From positions 81,096,001-81,160,000 of the forward strand of contig OX597821.1 of the NCBI GenBank assembly GCA_951406725.2: a stretch of 64,000 bases of DNA. Reading direction: 5' to 3'. The translations under genes and the position numbers were made by a program. Below the pieces are notes generated by a model. The model searched no databases. It saw nothing but the letters and a program-made list of their open reading frames with translations, and was not told where the DNA came from. Within the stretch, counting starts at the first letter, position 1; each line of letters begins with the position of its first letter. The DNA comes from Octopus vulgaris. Taxonomy: Eukaryota. Positions 52,536-64,000 of the stretch are shown here, one piece after another.

Positions 52536-52841
52536 GGAGGCGCAATAGCCCAGTGGTTAGGGCAGTGGACTCGCAGTTGGAAGATCACGGTTTCGATTCC
52601 CAGACCAGGCGTTGTGTGCGTTTATTGAGCGAAAACACCTAAAAGCTCCACGAGGCTCCAGTGGGGGGGGGGGGCACCCCTGTTGTACTCTTTTGCCACA
52701 ACTTTCTCTCACTCTCTTTTCCTGTTTCTTGAGTAATGCTGTGATGGACTGGTGTCGCATCCAGCCAGGGGGAACACATATGTCACAGAAACCAGGAAAC
52801 CAGGTCCATGAGCCTGGCTAGGCTTGAAAAGGGCAACGTTT
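52536..52841 (+). mobile_element. tRNA(Arg)-like SINE (octopus OR-type), nested in a tail-B SINE
   Basis: ggaggcgcaatagcccagtggttagggcagtggactcgc..ggtttcgattccc; host SINE pieces at 52494-52535 and 52842-53100. Confidence 0.85.
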
Positions 52842-53534
52842 ATCGTGAGGCAGATTTTCTATATTCAGACGTTCTTCCTGTAGCTAAACCTTACCAATTT
52901 CCAAGCAAGGTAATATTTCCCATGGCCATACATATTTTCACAATATTGGAAATGAATGACACTGCTTGCCATGAGAGTGATATTTCATTTGCAACTTTTA
53001 TGCAATGTGAAAACAAGATCTGGGCTGGTCCGGGGCTATAGTTGAAAACACTTGTTCAAGGTGAATCCAAAACCATGGAACAGCAATTACTATGCCATGC
53101 TATACATTTTTTTTTTTCCATACATAATTGAGTAGTATTTTTGTTATGAAGCAAAATATGGCAGGTTGTATGTACCATCCAAGCTATGTTCTCAGTGAAC
53201 TTAGTTGGTGACCAAGTTTTGATTTCCATTTAAATCTACTTCGTTAAGGGTCTTCAACAAGACAACACACTTTACATAATTTTATTGTACAATGACCCCT
53301 GATACTGAAACTCTCTTGGTGAGAGAGAAATATCTCACTGTATAGGACACCAATTGAGTTGGTCACAAGAAACAAAGAGATTCATTGTTAAAAACCCAGA
53401 CACTATGCAACCACTTTCGCTCCTACTAGTGTACTTATTCCAGCCAATAATGCTACAACTATCACACCAGCCAGCATCAACACTTAACCACCATTACCAC
53501 TTCTATCAATATCAACTGCTAAAGCTAAACATCT

Positions 53535-53970
53535 AATATTGGTTTAAAATGTTGGCACAAGGCCAGCAATTTTGTTGGAAGGGTTAAATTGGTTACATCG
53601 GTTAATTGGTTAAATTGGTTACAAAGGATGAAAGGCAAAGTCAACCTCAGGGGAATTTGAACTCAGAATATAGAGGTAGACGAAACAATGCCAAGCTTTT
53701 TGTCTAATGTGATAAAGATTCGGCCAGCTCACCACCTTAGCAACACATCTAACACTGATTTTAAATTTTGATACAAAGCCAGTAATTACAGGGTAAGTGT
53801 GTAAGTCAATAAAATCAACCCCAGTGCTCAGCTGGTACTTATTTATCAACCCCCAAAGGACGAAAGTTAAAGTCAACCTCAGCAGAAATTGAACTCAGAA
53901 TGTAAGGGTAGCTGGAATGTTGCTCAGCATTTTGCCTGGCATGCTAACATTTCTGCCAGCTCACTGCCTT
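53535..53970 (-). mobile_element. Two tandem Meta-domain-type SINE copies
   Basis: aaaggatgaaaggcaaagtcaacctc..ttgaactcagaat occurs twice (about 53625 and 53860). Confidence 0.8.
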
Positions 53971-54049
53971 AGTTGCACAGTTAGTATTATAATTCCCCAT
54001 CACTAATATTACATCATTTCTATCATTATTACTGCAATAAACATAGCCC

Positions 54050-54275
54050 CTAAGGCGGTGAGATGGCAGAATCGCTAGCACGACAGGCGAAATGCTTAGC
54101 AGTATTTCGTCTGCCGTTACATTCTGAGTTCAGATTCTGCCAAGGTCAACTTTGCCTTTCATTCTTTCGGGGTCAATTAAATAAGTACAATTCATGCACT
54201 AAGGTCGAAGTAATCCCTTTGTCTGTCCTTGTTTGTCCCCTCTATGTTTAGCCCCCTGTGGACAATAAAGAAATT
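54050..54275 (+). mobile_element. Meta-domain-type SINE with an alternative tail
   Basis: Same head as 5042, but ends tttgtcccctctatgtttagccccctgtggacaataaagaaa. Confidence 0.85.
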
Positions 54276-55274
54276 AATAAACGTAGCCCCTATTTAACCC
54301 TAAGCACAAAATCCCCCTACAGTAATGCTAAACAAACAAAACAACTATTGTGAACAGGAGAAAATACCCATACACATGGTTGTTTTGGTGCAACATTCTG
54401 ATGAATACAAAGAACAAATACATAGAGCTATTTTGTAAAGGAAATTCTAAACATTTTCACAGAGCTTATTTTTGGTAAAACTTCCTTTACTCCTACACTC
54501 CTACATGATTAGCAGTTCTTGAGAGAATATTTCTCAGAGACCAGCTTAAAAGTATCACAATGATGTGGTACACAACATCATTGTATATGCACATATATGT
54601 ATATATTTGCTTACACACACACACACACACACTCATTATATACCATTAGCAGCAGCTTATATCCACTTTTCAGGGCAGCATGAGCTGGGTAGAATTTCTT
54701 AGATAGTGTTTGATGGGTGGATGCCCTTCCTGTCACAAACTCATTTAACCACCTCTTACAACATGCAGAGATGCAGTGTATTTGTATTCTAAAACCAGAA
54801 TACAAATAGCTTTTACACACACACACATTAGCTCTTTAACAACAACTTTTCCATTCTTTCATGGGTGAGAAGGAATTCACTGAGGCAGATTTTCTATGGC
54901 CAGATACCCTTCCTTTCACCAATCAAGATGATATTTCCCCATCACCAGAAATGTTTACATGGAAAATTAAAAACAAAAGGCACCACTTGTATGACAATGA
55001 CAATCATTCTACAACTCGTCGACACAATGAGACACAGACACACACACATATGCATATCTATATATATATATAATCTGAGGGAATATTATTCCAAACTTAC
55101 AGGGAAAAATTTAATTTAGAAATACTAAATCAAATTTCACAAAATATAATATATTTATATAAATTAGAAAAAAAAACACCTTTTATCAATATGAAAAATT
55201 AAATCATACCATCAAGAAAATTACATATTATATAAAGATTAAATATAAGATAAAAGATAAAACATATAACGATG

Positions 55275-55582
55275 ATTAAGTAATATGCACCGTGACTGAC
55301 CAGGCGATCAGATGTTGCTACACATCGCTGGTCACAATGTGCTTCGCATTGTTTTAGCCTTCAAATGACACCACCCTACTGGCTAAGCGAGCAGGCCATC
55401 AGAAGAAAGAATGAGAGAAAGTTCTGGCAAAAGAGTACAGCAGGGATCGCCACCACCCCTTGCCGGAGCCTCGTGTAGCTTTAGGTGTTTTCGCTCAATA
55501 AACACAACGCCCAGTCTGGGAATCGAAATCGCAATCCTATGACAGCGAGTCCGCTGCCCTAACCACTAAGCCATTGCGCCTC

Positions 55583-55583
<1 letters not shown>
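55275..55583 (-). mobile_element. tRNA(Arg)-like SINE (OR-type) with a different 3' tail
   Basis: Head and central part are the reverse complement of 52536-52725; tail differs. Confidence 0.88.
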
Positions 55584-55628
<45 letters not shown>

Positions 55629-55631
<3 letters not shown>

Positions 55632-55831
55632 CTCTTTACTCTTTTACTTGTTTCAGTCATTTGACTGCGGCCATGCTGGAGCACCACCTTTAGTCGAGCA
55701 AATCGACCCCGGGACTTATTCTTTGTAAGCCCAGTACTTATTCTATCAGTCTCTTTTGCTGAACCGCTAAGTGACGGGGACGTAAACACACCAGCATCGG
55801 TTGTCAAGCAATGCTAGGGGGACAAACACAA

Positions 55832-55871
<40 letters not shown>

Positions 55872-56026
55872 ATATATACGACAGGCTTCTTTCAGTTTCC
55901 GTCTACCAAATTCACTCACAAGGCATTGGTCGGCCCGGGGCTATAGCAGAAGACACTTGCCCAAGATGCCACGCAGTGGGACTGAACCCGGAACCATGTG
56001 GTTGGTTAGCAAGCTACTTACCACAC
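55629..56026 (-). mobile_element. tRNA/CORE-type SINE, tail A, young near-complete copy
   Basis: CpG-rich; all modules present; short ag(a)gtaaa tandem tail. Confidence 0.92.
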
Positions 56027-56439
56027 GCTTCTTTAAGTTTCCGTCCACCCAATCCATTCACAAGGGCATGAAGCTATTTGTGCAAGTGTCATAGAGTCTT
56101 CCAAGACCAATGGAATTCAGGAAGTAAATGAATACTGAATGTGATCAGCAAACTGTTATTTCTACTATTTCAAAATGGCTTCAGCCACAGAGAGAGGAAG
56201 AAACAAAGCCGTTCTGAAGACTTAAATAGAAAGACAGTGGGAAGACACTATGAATGAAAGATATGGAAACCAAAAATAAATAACAACACTGATATACAGG
56301 AAAGAAGAGTTAGGGTTCAGGTGTTTTCAGTAAAGGCATTTAACATTATTTATCAATTGTTTTCCATATCAAAGTTATTATACAATCATTCTATTTCAAC
56401 TAGCACACCCACCAATACCTATACACATTCTGGCAATCT

Positions 56440-57125
56440 ACTGCTGCACAAGCCAATGCGGAGGCTTCTACATACACACACACTGGTAGCATCCAACTAA
56501 AAGCTAAATACCTCCTCATGCCAGAACATGTATTGCTTTGGTGAACACAACCCTCAAAAATATCCTCCATTAGTGACACAACTTCACTTCTTTGAATACA
56601 AAAATCACAACCACTAGACAAAAAAGAAAAAGTCTTGCACCACACCCTTCTTATGCACATTAGCAACACGCAACTTAAGCCTACTCTGTCATTACAAATG
56701 CTTAGCCACAGCATCTCCGATAAATTCTCATGGTGATCTCATACATATAACATTACCACAACTGCATCTCAAAGAATATGTTTCCTCTTCAGAGATTAGT
56801 TACTGATCCACTACAAACTTCAAGCATGACTCACATCAGTGCAACACATAGATGCAAATAACCTCTACTGCATCCAAAGGAAACTATCCAGTTAGTTCTC
56901 AAAGTTTCACCCACCACCATGCAATGAATCACTCACAAATGTAATGGTTCTTCTCCCTATGTCCTTTATCCCTTCTACAACATCTTCTACACTTCTAATC
57001 TAGCAAGCTATGTATCATCTCAGGCTCTCACATCAATTCTCACCAATCTTACTATTTCAATTCCCTGCACTAAACACTTCTCACTCCTTCTCCAGAAATG
57101 CAAAACTGGAATTATTTCCACTAGA
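56440..57125 (+). mobile_element. Degenerate CR1/Jockey-like LINE RT C-terminal region
   Basis: Pieces translate to LQML..SISDKFSW.SH..NI...ASQRICFLFR, IQRK and SRNAKL; many stops. Confidence 0.65.
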
Positions 57126-57147
57126 ATTTTTGCAACAAATAATATGC

Positions 57148-57550
57148 AGACATGGCTGTGTGGTTTACAAACTTGCTTTCCAATCATGTGGTCTTCAGTT
57201 CAGTTCCACTGTACCACACCTTGGGCATGCAACTTCTACTCCACGCCCAGACTGACCAAAGCCTTGTGAGTGGATTGAGTAGATGGAAACTGCAAGAAGT
57301 CTATTGCGCGTGTGTGTCCTTGTCTAAACATCACATGATGGGTATAAATGAGTGTCATTGTCATACAAGTAAGGTTGTTCGCTTCCATCTTCAATGGAAA
57401 CATGTCTAGCTTTGGGAAAATATTATCTTGGAAAACAGGTGAAGTATGGCATCAGGAAGGGCATCCAGCTGTAAAAAGTCTGCCTCCCAACAAATTCTGT
57501 CTGACACATTCAAGCAGGAAAAAGTGCATGGTAAATAAAGATGATGATAT
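57148..57550 (+). mobile_element. tRNA/CORE-type SINE, tail B, full length, old
   Basis: catggctgtgtggttt..caccttgggca..aggaagggcatccagctgtaaaa..gatgatgat. Confidence 0.85.
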
Positions 57551-58299
57551 CAACCTACAGAAGTTCCCATTGAGCCCCGGCCACATTAATCTCACTGCTG
57601 TGTGTTTGTCTTTGTATTACAGCCTCTGATGAAATAATGAATACAAAACAAGGAGAAGGAAGCATCTACTTCTAAATCAAGTATGTGCACCTTTATAGAA
57701 CCATTTGATCTGATAAAAATAGAAACCAAGTCACCATCAAGTCACATCCTACTGTTTTAACAAAGAACTCATAGGATAACATAGTCTTATCTACATTAGA
57801 TCTGAAAAAAGGGTGGATGACCATAGTTGAAATGTCAGATCATAGATCTACTGGAACTGGATTTCAGAGTAGGCTTGGAACTCAACAACTATGCCAAAAT
57901 AGAAATTGGTATCCTCATAATCAAATATAACTGCGTAGATATCACAACCAGAACTCCACTAGTACTGTCTTCTATTGATTTCTTAACTACTGCAAGAACC
58001 ACAAATAGAATATAACAACAGCAACCAGGACTAACCACCAAATGACAAGCAAAATATTTTACCACTACTAATACTACTACAACTAGAAATACTATTGGCC
58101 CATCAGGGAGTCCTCTTTCAGCAGAAACCAGAAACAAAGCTACTTATAGACAAATCAATAGGATATCAGTACTAAATTATGTCTATGGCCAAGGAACTTA
58201 ACTCACAGCCACTCGAGATTTCAACTAAGTGTGTAATAAATAGATTAGTAAAAGACAAAATGGTTCACCATAGCAAGGAGCAGCACTCATTAATATCAT

Positions 58300-58665
58300 C
58301 GCCATCATTTTATGTCCAATTCCTAGCTGTAGTATCCACTACAAAGTCCAGTTCACCTCTGAGAGCTGAGACCCTGAGAACTATGCCAGCAGAGCGCACA
58401 CTCTTGGTAGGGCCTACCATACTGGACAAGTAAAAGGACAGAAGCCAGATTATTATGGGCCACCTCTTCCCAGAGGTAAAAATGGGTTTGCATAGGGCCA
58501 ACAACCCCTACTTACAGAAAAACAAAGTTACAGAAGCATCAATAACAATTCAAAACCAACAAATCCTGGAAGTGGAAGGCTTTTGTTCAGGGAAAACCAG
58601 CCCAAATTTGAGAACAGTTAGCAATGGCTGATAGACCATAGGGAGCAAAGGCTTTAAGTAAGTCC
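58300..58665 (+). mobile_element. Short bipartite RTE-derived element (5'UTR-like plus 3'-end-like)
   Basis: gggtttgcatagggccaacaacccctac resembles RTE 5'UTR motifs; ends gggagcaaaggctttaagtaagt ((TAAG)n-type tail). Confidence 0.45.
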
Positions 58666-59004
58666 CATGCTAGCATAAGTTGAACTGGTTGCTGTGACAG
58701 TCAGAGTCGATTTTTATTGAAGATTATTGCTCTCCTAGATGGGTTGAATGACCACATTTTGCTCAAATATTACACCACTATGATACTGATTTTTAACATA
58801 GACACAAGTCCTCAAATTTGGGAATATGCCAGTTAAATTAAATACACACACCTGCCCAGAACACAGAACTTACATGTTTTTTTGTCACTTTTTTTGTATT
58901 ATTGTGAAAGGATGAAAGGCAAAACACAATCTTACCAAGTTCTAAAGTCAGAACCAATATAGTCATAAAGGCATTTTATTTGATACCTTACTGTTTCTGT
59001 CTGA

Positions 59005-59375
59005 TAGGTGCAGTTGTATCATTAAGAAGCTTCCCAACAATGCGGTCTGGAGTTCAGCCCCAATGTGTCATCAACTCCATAACCTTGGGTCAATCAAAGC
59101 TTTATGAGTAATTCGTCACATGTAAATGTGTGTGTGTGTGTGTGTCCTAACCTAACATCATGAGATGGTCATAAATGAACATCACCATCATACAGATGAT
59201 GTCCATTTCCAACTGTCCATTGAAAAATCATGTCTGACCATGGAGAAATATTAACTTGCTTGGAAACAGGTGAGGATTAGTAAGTAGTAGGAAGGGCAAC
59301 CAGCTGCAGAAAATCTGCTTTGGCAAATTCTGTCTCACCCATGCAGTGGAAAAGTGGATACTAAATGATAATGAG
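59005..59375 (+). mobile_element. tRNA/CORE-type SINE, tail B
   Basis: Collinear with 57148-57550. Confidence 0.78.
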
Positions 59376-60644
59376 GAGGGTTCATAAAACTACTTTAGAA
59401 AGCCCATCCAACCCATACTGCAGGAGAGGTGGATGTAAAATGATGATGATGGGTGTTCCAATTTGCTTGTAATGGAAAGCGGACGTTAAATGATGATGAT
59501 GATGAAGTGTTCAAATCCTCCAGTACCAAAAATTAGAAGTTCTAACAATGTAGTCCTACTTTCATATGTATCACTTCCAGAGAGGTTTAAAACTAGCCTA
59601 CATGAAAGAAGGTCATTAAATGATGATGATGATTACAACTACTAAGGTAGCATTTTGTCCAGCTCTTTACGTTTTGAGTTCAAAACCCGTCAAAGTCAAA
59701 TTTGCTTCTCGTCCTTTTGAAGTCTATAAAATAAAGTACCAGTCAAGTACTGGAGTTGATGTAATCAACTTGCGTCCACTGCTCTCCTAAAAATTGCTGG
59801 CCATGGGCCAAAATTTGAAACCATTATTATTACTACCACTACCAACAGGCTGCAACAACTAACCAACAGACAAGCTATATTTCTTCTCTACTACAACAAA
59901 CTCTCCTCCTCTGAACTAGCAAGCCACTACTACTACTAGTAACACTACCACCTCTATGAGTACACCCACTACTAACAGCAACTATGAATATAAGCGATAC
60001 AACAATCTGCCAAACAGAGGAATATCACCAACATATCAATCAGCCAAATGGTAGTTTGTAGAATAGAGCATGGTGGAATGGTAAATTGCATTCAGAACCT
60101 CTTCACTAATTAAATCTTTTTCTTTTATTATCTATTCATTTATGTCGATCATTAATTTGTAACTAATTTGGTTACAAGCCAATGAGGGCGCCTCTACACA
60201 GCCATTCAATCTGCTAGATATGACAGAAAAATTTTCCTCAAATCAAGTCTACTGACACCAAGAGAAGGAAGGATACATTAAATAATGTAGTCTTGGGTAT
60301 ACTATGCCAGAAAAAAAGAACAAGACAGGATGAGTGAGGTTGGAATGCCTGTGGTCATATGTCTTAATCAAGGCTGGCAACAACCAATTTACTAAATAAT
60401 TCTAAAGGAATGATGGAATCTAAGTAACATAGGTCTGGCTTTGTGTAAAGTTACATCATCATCATCATCATTTTAACATGAAGAAAGGAGCAGACAAATC
60501 TGCTGTATTGCATATCACTGTCCCTAATTTTCTTACATGTCTATCTAGGAGTACAGATAAACAAATGGCATGAAGCTTTCAAAATATCATATACCTTCAG
60601 AAGTATACAGACACACACTATATACATATATATATATATATATG

Positions 60645-61055
60645 AGCAAAATGCACCCCCACCCCGTCCAATGGACGATGCTGAGTTCTCAAACATTTAA
60701 ACCAAATTTTCTCAAAACAACTTGTCCGACTGTCCCATAAGCCTCCCCTTTGAGAAACACTGATTTAACCTAAATTTGAGACACCAGCAAAAGAAGAAAT
60801 AAAGATAGACTTTTTTTCTATTCCAAAGAAAAACGATTTTATTCACACAAATATGCAACCGAAGAGTTTAAAGTACCAGTAATGATAAGGCTGTAGACTG
60901 GGAGAACACAAATGATTTTTGTAATTTTTTCAAGATTTATACATGCCCTGATACCGTCGGTATCTACATGTCAAATTTAAGCGCAATCAGATGGAGGATG
61001 CCCAAGATCCTAGAAGACACACACACAGACAGACAACGGATTTTATATAATAGAT
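60645..61055 (-). mobile_element. Helitron-like non-autonomous element
   Basis: Minus strand begins a|tctattatataaaatccgttgtctgtctgtgtgtg (5' TC terminus plus microsatellite); 3' CTAG not preserved. Confidence 0.55.
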
Positions 61056-61539
61056 AAATAACAACCACGTGAGCATTTAAACAAACATTTGTTTTTTAGA
61101 AATACATAATACACACATGCTAGTTTGAGAAGTGCTAATGCACAAAACTCCCAGCCCTTGAATTATTATGTTGCTTTATTAATGACCTGTAGGGACACTG
61201 TATTTGTTATGCAACCACAGTATACCACAAGGTATATTAAATATTTTCTATCAGTCAATACTGTGTTGGCAGTGCTATTACATCACTTGATAACCTTAAC
61301 AAACTATGTTACTTCTATTATAAATTAAAATAATATATATATACATATACACACTCACTGTTAATTCTAGTTGGTGTAAACAGCCTCTGATCATAAAATA
61401 CTCCCTTATAAAGCCAGATACCAGCATAGAAAAGCAAAGTGATGACATGTAAGCAATGCATGTACACTCATATACGTGTATATTACACATAAAATGTTTA
61501 TGTGTGTATGCTTATACAGATTGATGGACAGAGAGAGAG

Positions 61540-62021
61540 GTGTGCAGTGATAGACCTTTGGAGAGGTGGTATTTATTTGTTTGACACCCTTCACAAATGT
61601 AATTTGTATTGGTGACAATAGCGCAGCTTTGTCAGTGGTGCATTTTGGAGTTTGCATCCCTAAGCAGTATTATGCCCAGATTCCTCACACTTCCAGAGAT
61701 TTCAGCACTGCATTCATCCTTCTTTTCATAGTCAATGAAAGTATGCACAGGAGCAACTCATGTTCTTTTGCTTGTTCTATAAGCTGTGCTAGAATGAATA
61801 TGTGATCCATCAAACTGTGGTCTTTACAGAAACCTGCTTGCTCTCTTGGCTGCTGGTCAAGCTGTTTTTATAACCTAGAGACAATGACGTTTGTAGAGTT
61901 GAGACAAGATGCATATGGGGTGATAGTCTCTTACATCTTCTTTACTAGCCTTCTTTTGAAGCAAGATGGTATTTGACTCTTTCCACAGTGAGGGTATTTT
62001 AATCTTCAGAAAGCAACTGAA
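61540..62021 (-). mobile_element. RTE LINE RT N-terminal part, inverted
   Basis: Minus translation IPSLWKESNTILLQKK..DYHPICILSQLYK..QPREQAGF..MDHIFIL..IDYEK..KGVKQ..SPK. Confidence 0.9.
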
Positions 62022-62840
62022 CCACATGTCTAGAAATGGTTATCGAACACATTAAGTGAAAGGCAGCATGAACATCAACAGCAAAGCTACTAATGCCATC
62101 ATATTCATTGCTGAAATCACAGAGCAACTGCAGACCATGCTGACAGAGCAGAACACTTATATAGAGCTCAGCTATAGGCCTTAAAAGGAACTGCAAGAAA
62201 ACAAAATCCAAGCAGTCCAAAGCCAAATAGAAGTGGAAAACAGCGAAATTGTGAAGGAAAAGAGGTACATCTACAGTGAATATGTGCCAAGACATGAATG
62301 TTGAAATCTCAGAGAGAACATGGGCAGGATGGAAGACATTTACCTTGATAAAAGATGTGCTCAAAGCAAAGCTGGACAAGAACCTGCGTGCCAATTTCTT
62401 CAATGGCACCAAACTACCTATACTCTTATACACAAGTGAGTCACAAACTACTACAAGGAGGGAAGAATATTGGTTCACTATAACGCAAAGGGTCATGAAA
62501 AGACGCATGCCAGGAATATCATTGTGAGAGTATATCCAAAATGATGCAATTCAAGAAGAGAGCAGAGTGAACGATGCGATCGTAGAATATCAAAAAGTAT
62601 GTTTTGCAGGGCCAGACATGTTCAAAGTTTGCAAACAGCAGCTGAATCTATGCAGTTAGTTGCTGAAGAGTATCCAAAAGATCAGAAAAAAGCATCTAGA
62701 AAAGGCTTCGACAATGATGTGAAGACAATTTAGTTAAATGATTCAGGCCATGATGGAAAAGAAGGATGTCATCAAGGAAAGGTTGGAAGCACATTGTGAC
62801 CAGCAGTGTATAATAACATCCGATAATCTGGATGATACAG
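62022..62840 (+). mobile_element. RTE LINE RT C-terminal part and 3' end
   Basis: CLEMVI..NIN..IIFIAEITEQLQTML, then ORF 62276-62527 (AGWKTF..LRANFFN..LPILLYTSES..QRVMKRRMPGISL). Confidence 0.9.
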
Positions 62841-62858
62841 ATATATATATATATATAT

Positions 62859-63517
62859 CATCATCATCATCATCAGCTAACATCCGCTTTCCATGCTAGC
62901 ATGGTTTGGACGATTTGACTGAGGACTGGCGAACCAGATGGCTGCGCCAGGCTCCAATCTGATCTGGCAGAGTTTCTACAGCTGGATGTCCTTCCTAATG
63001 CCAACCACTCAGAGTGTAGTGAGTGCTTTTACGTGCCACTGGTACGAGGGCCAGTCTGGCGGTACTGGCAACAGCCACGCTCAAATGGTGTTTTTTACAT
63101 GCCACCTGCACAGGAGCCAGTCTAACGGCACTGGCAACGACCTCGCTCGAATGTCTTGTTCACGTGCCACCAGCACAAGTGCCAGTAAGGCGATGTTGGT
63201 AATGATCAGGCTCAAATGGTGCTTTTTATGTGTCACTGGCACAGAAGCCAGACAGCTGTTCTGGCAGTGATCCCGCTCAGATGGAGCTGTTACTGCTCCA
63301 CTGGCACGGGTGCCAGTCATCGAATTTGGTTCAATTTCAATTTCACTTGCCCCAACAGGTCTTCACAAGCAGAGTTTAGTGTCCAGTGAAGGAAGGTTGG
63401 CATGGGTACCAGTCGTCCAATTTGGTTCAATTTTGATTTCACTTGCCTCAACAGGTTTTCACAAGTAGAGTTTTGTGTCCAAGGAAGGAAAGGTACGCAT
63501 AAGTGGGCTGGCTACAT

Positions 63518-63520
<3 letters not shown>
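62859..63520 (-). mobile_element. RTE LINE long 3'UTR copy with ~60-bp and larger subrepeats
   Basis: Extends the 30371-30835 subfamily; duplicated ccagtc..aatttggttcaattt..ttcacttgcc..aacagg unit. Confidence 0.9.
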
Positions 63521-63581
<61 letters not shown>

Positions 63582-63624
63582 ATATATATACACACACATA
63601 AAAGCAAATTCTTGAACGAAATCA

Positions 63625-63930
63625 AAATGGAAATAGTAGTTGTGGCTAATGCCAGTGCCGCCTGACTAGCTCCCCATGCCAGTGGCATGTAAAAAGCACC
63701 GTCCGAATGTGGTCGATGCCAGTTCCCCCCCTCCTAACTGGCTCCGGTGCCAGCAGCACATAAGAAGCACCCACTATACTCAGTGATTGACGTTAGGAAG
63801 GGCATCCAGCTGTAGAAACTTGGCCAGATCAGATTGGAGCCTGGTGCAGCCTTCTGGCTTGCCTCTTCCCAGTCAAACCATCCAACCCATGCCAGCATGG
63901 ACAACGGACATTAAACGGTGATGATGATGA
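63625..63930 (+). mobile_element. RTE LINE 3'UTR copy
   Basis: Subrepeats, then catgccagcatggacaacggacattaaacgg(tga)n. Confidence 0.88.
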
Positions 63931-64000
63931 CATACATATATCTTTTACTTGTTTGTCACTTAACTGTGGCCATGTTGGGGCACCACCTTGAAAGGTTTTA

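Noticed and set aside
61999-62508. 169-aa minus-strand ORF
   Set aside because: Antisense to the RTE RT remnant on the plus strand.

Overview
AT-rich, repeat-saturated eukaryotic DNA. The SINE/LINE families and microsatellite load point to a coleoid cephalopod, most likely Octopus (inference from recognised repeat types). I see no intact protein-coding gene, RNA gene or CRISPR array; almost every entry in the ORF track comes from a repeat or microsatellite. The window reads as a large intron or intergenic block. It contains many 3'-end copies of an RTE-clade LINE, several modular tRNA-derived SINEs, and degenerate Tx1/L1, CR1/Jockey-like and RTE LINE pieces. It also holds decayed DNA transposons (hAT-Buster, maT DD37D, mariner, pogo- and piggyBac-like MITEs, Helitron-like elements). 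The most interesting structures are: (1) a ~500-bp palindromic non-autonomous element present twice, joining a tRNA-like Pol III head to a Penelope-type minimal hammerhead ribozyme, with a one-sided 3' tail and target-site duplications; (2) a second, unrelated hammerhead-bearing foldback element; (3) an RTE LINE with an exact twin-priming-type 5' inversion; (4) a retroelement inserted twice into (TAA)n tracts. A few weak candidate host-gene micro-exons are flagged. Repeat boundaries are approximate unless termini are quoted.
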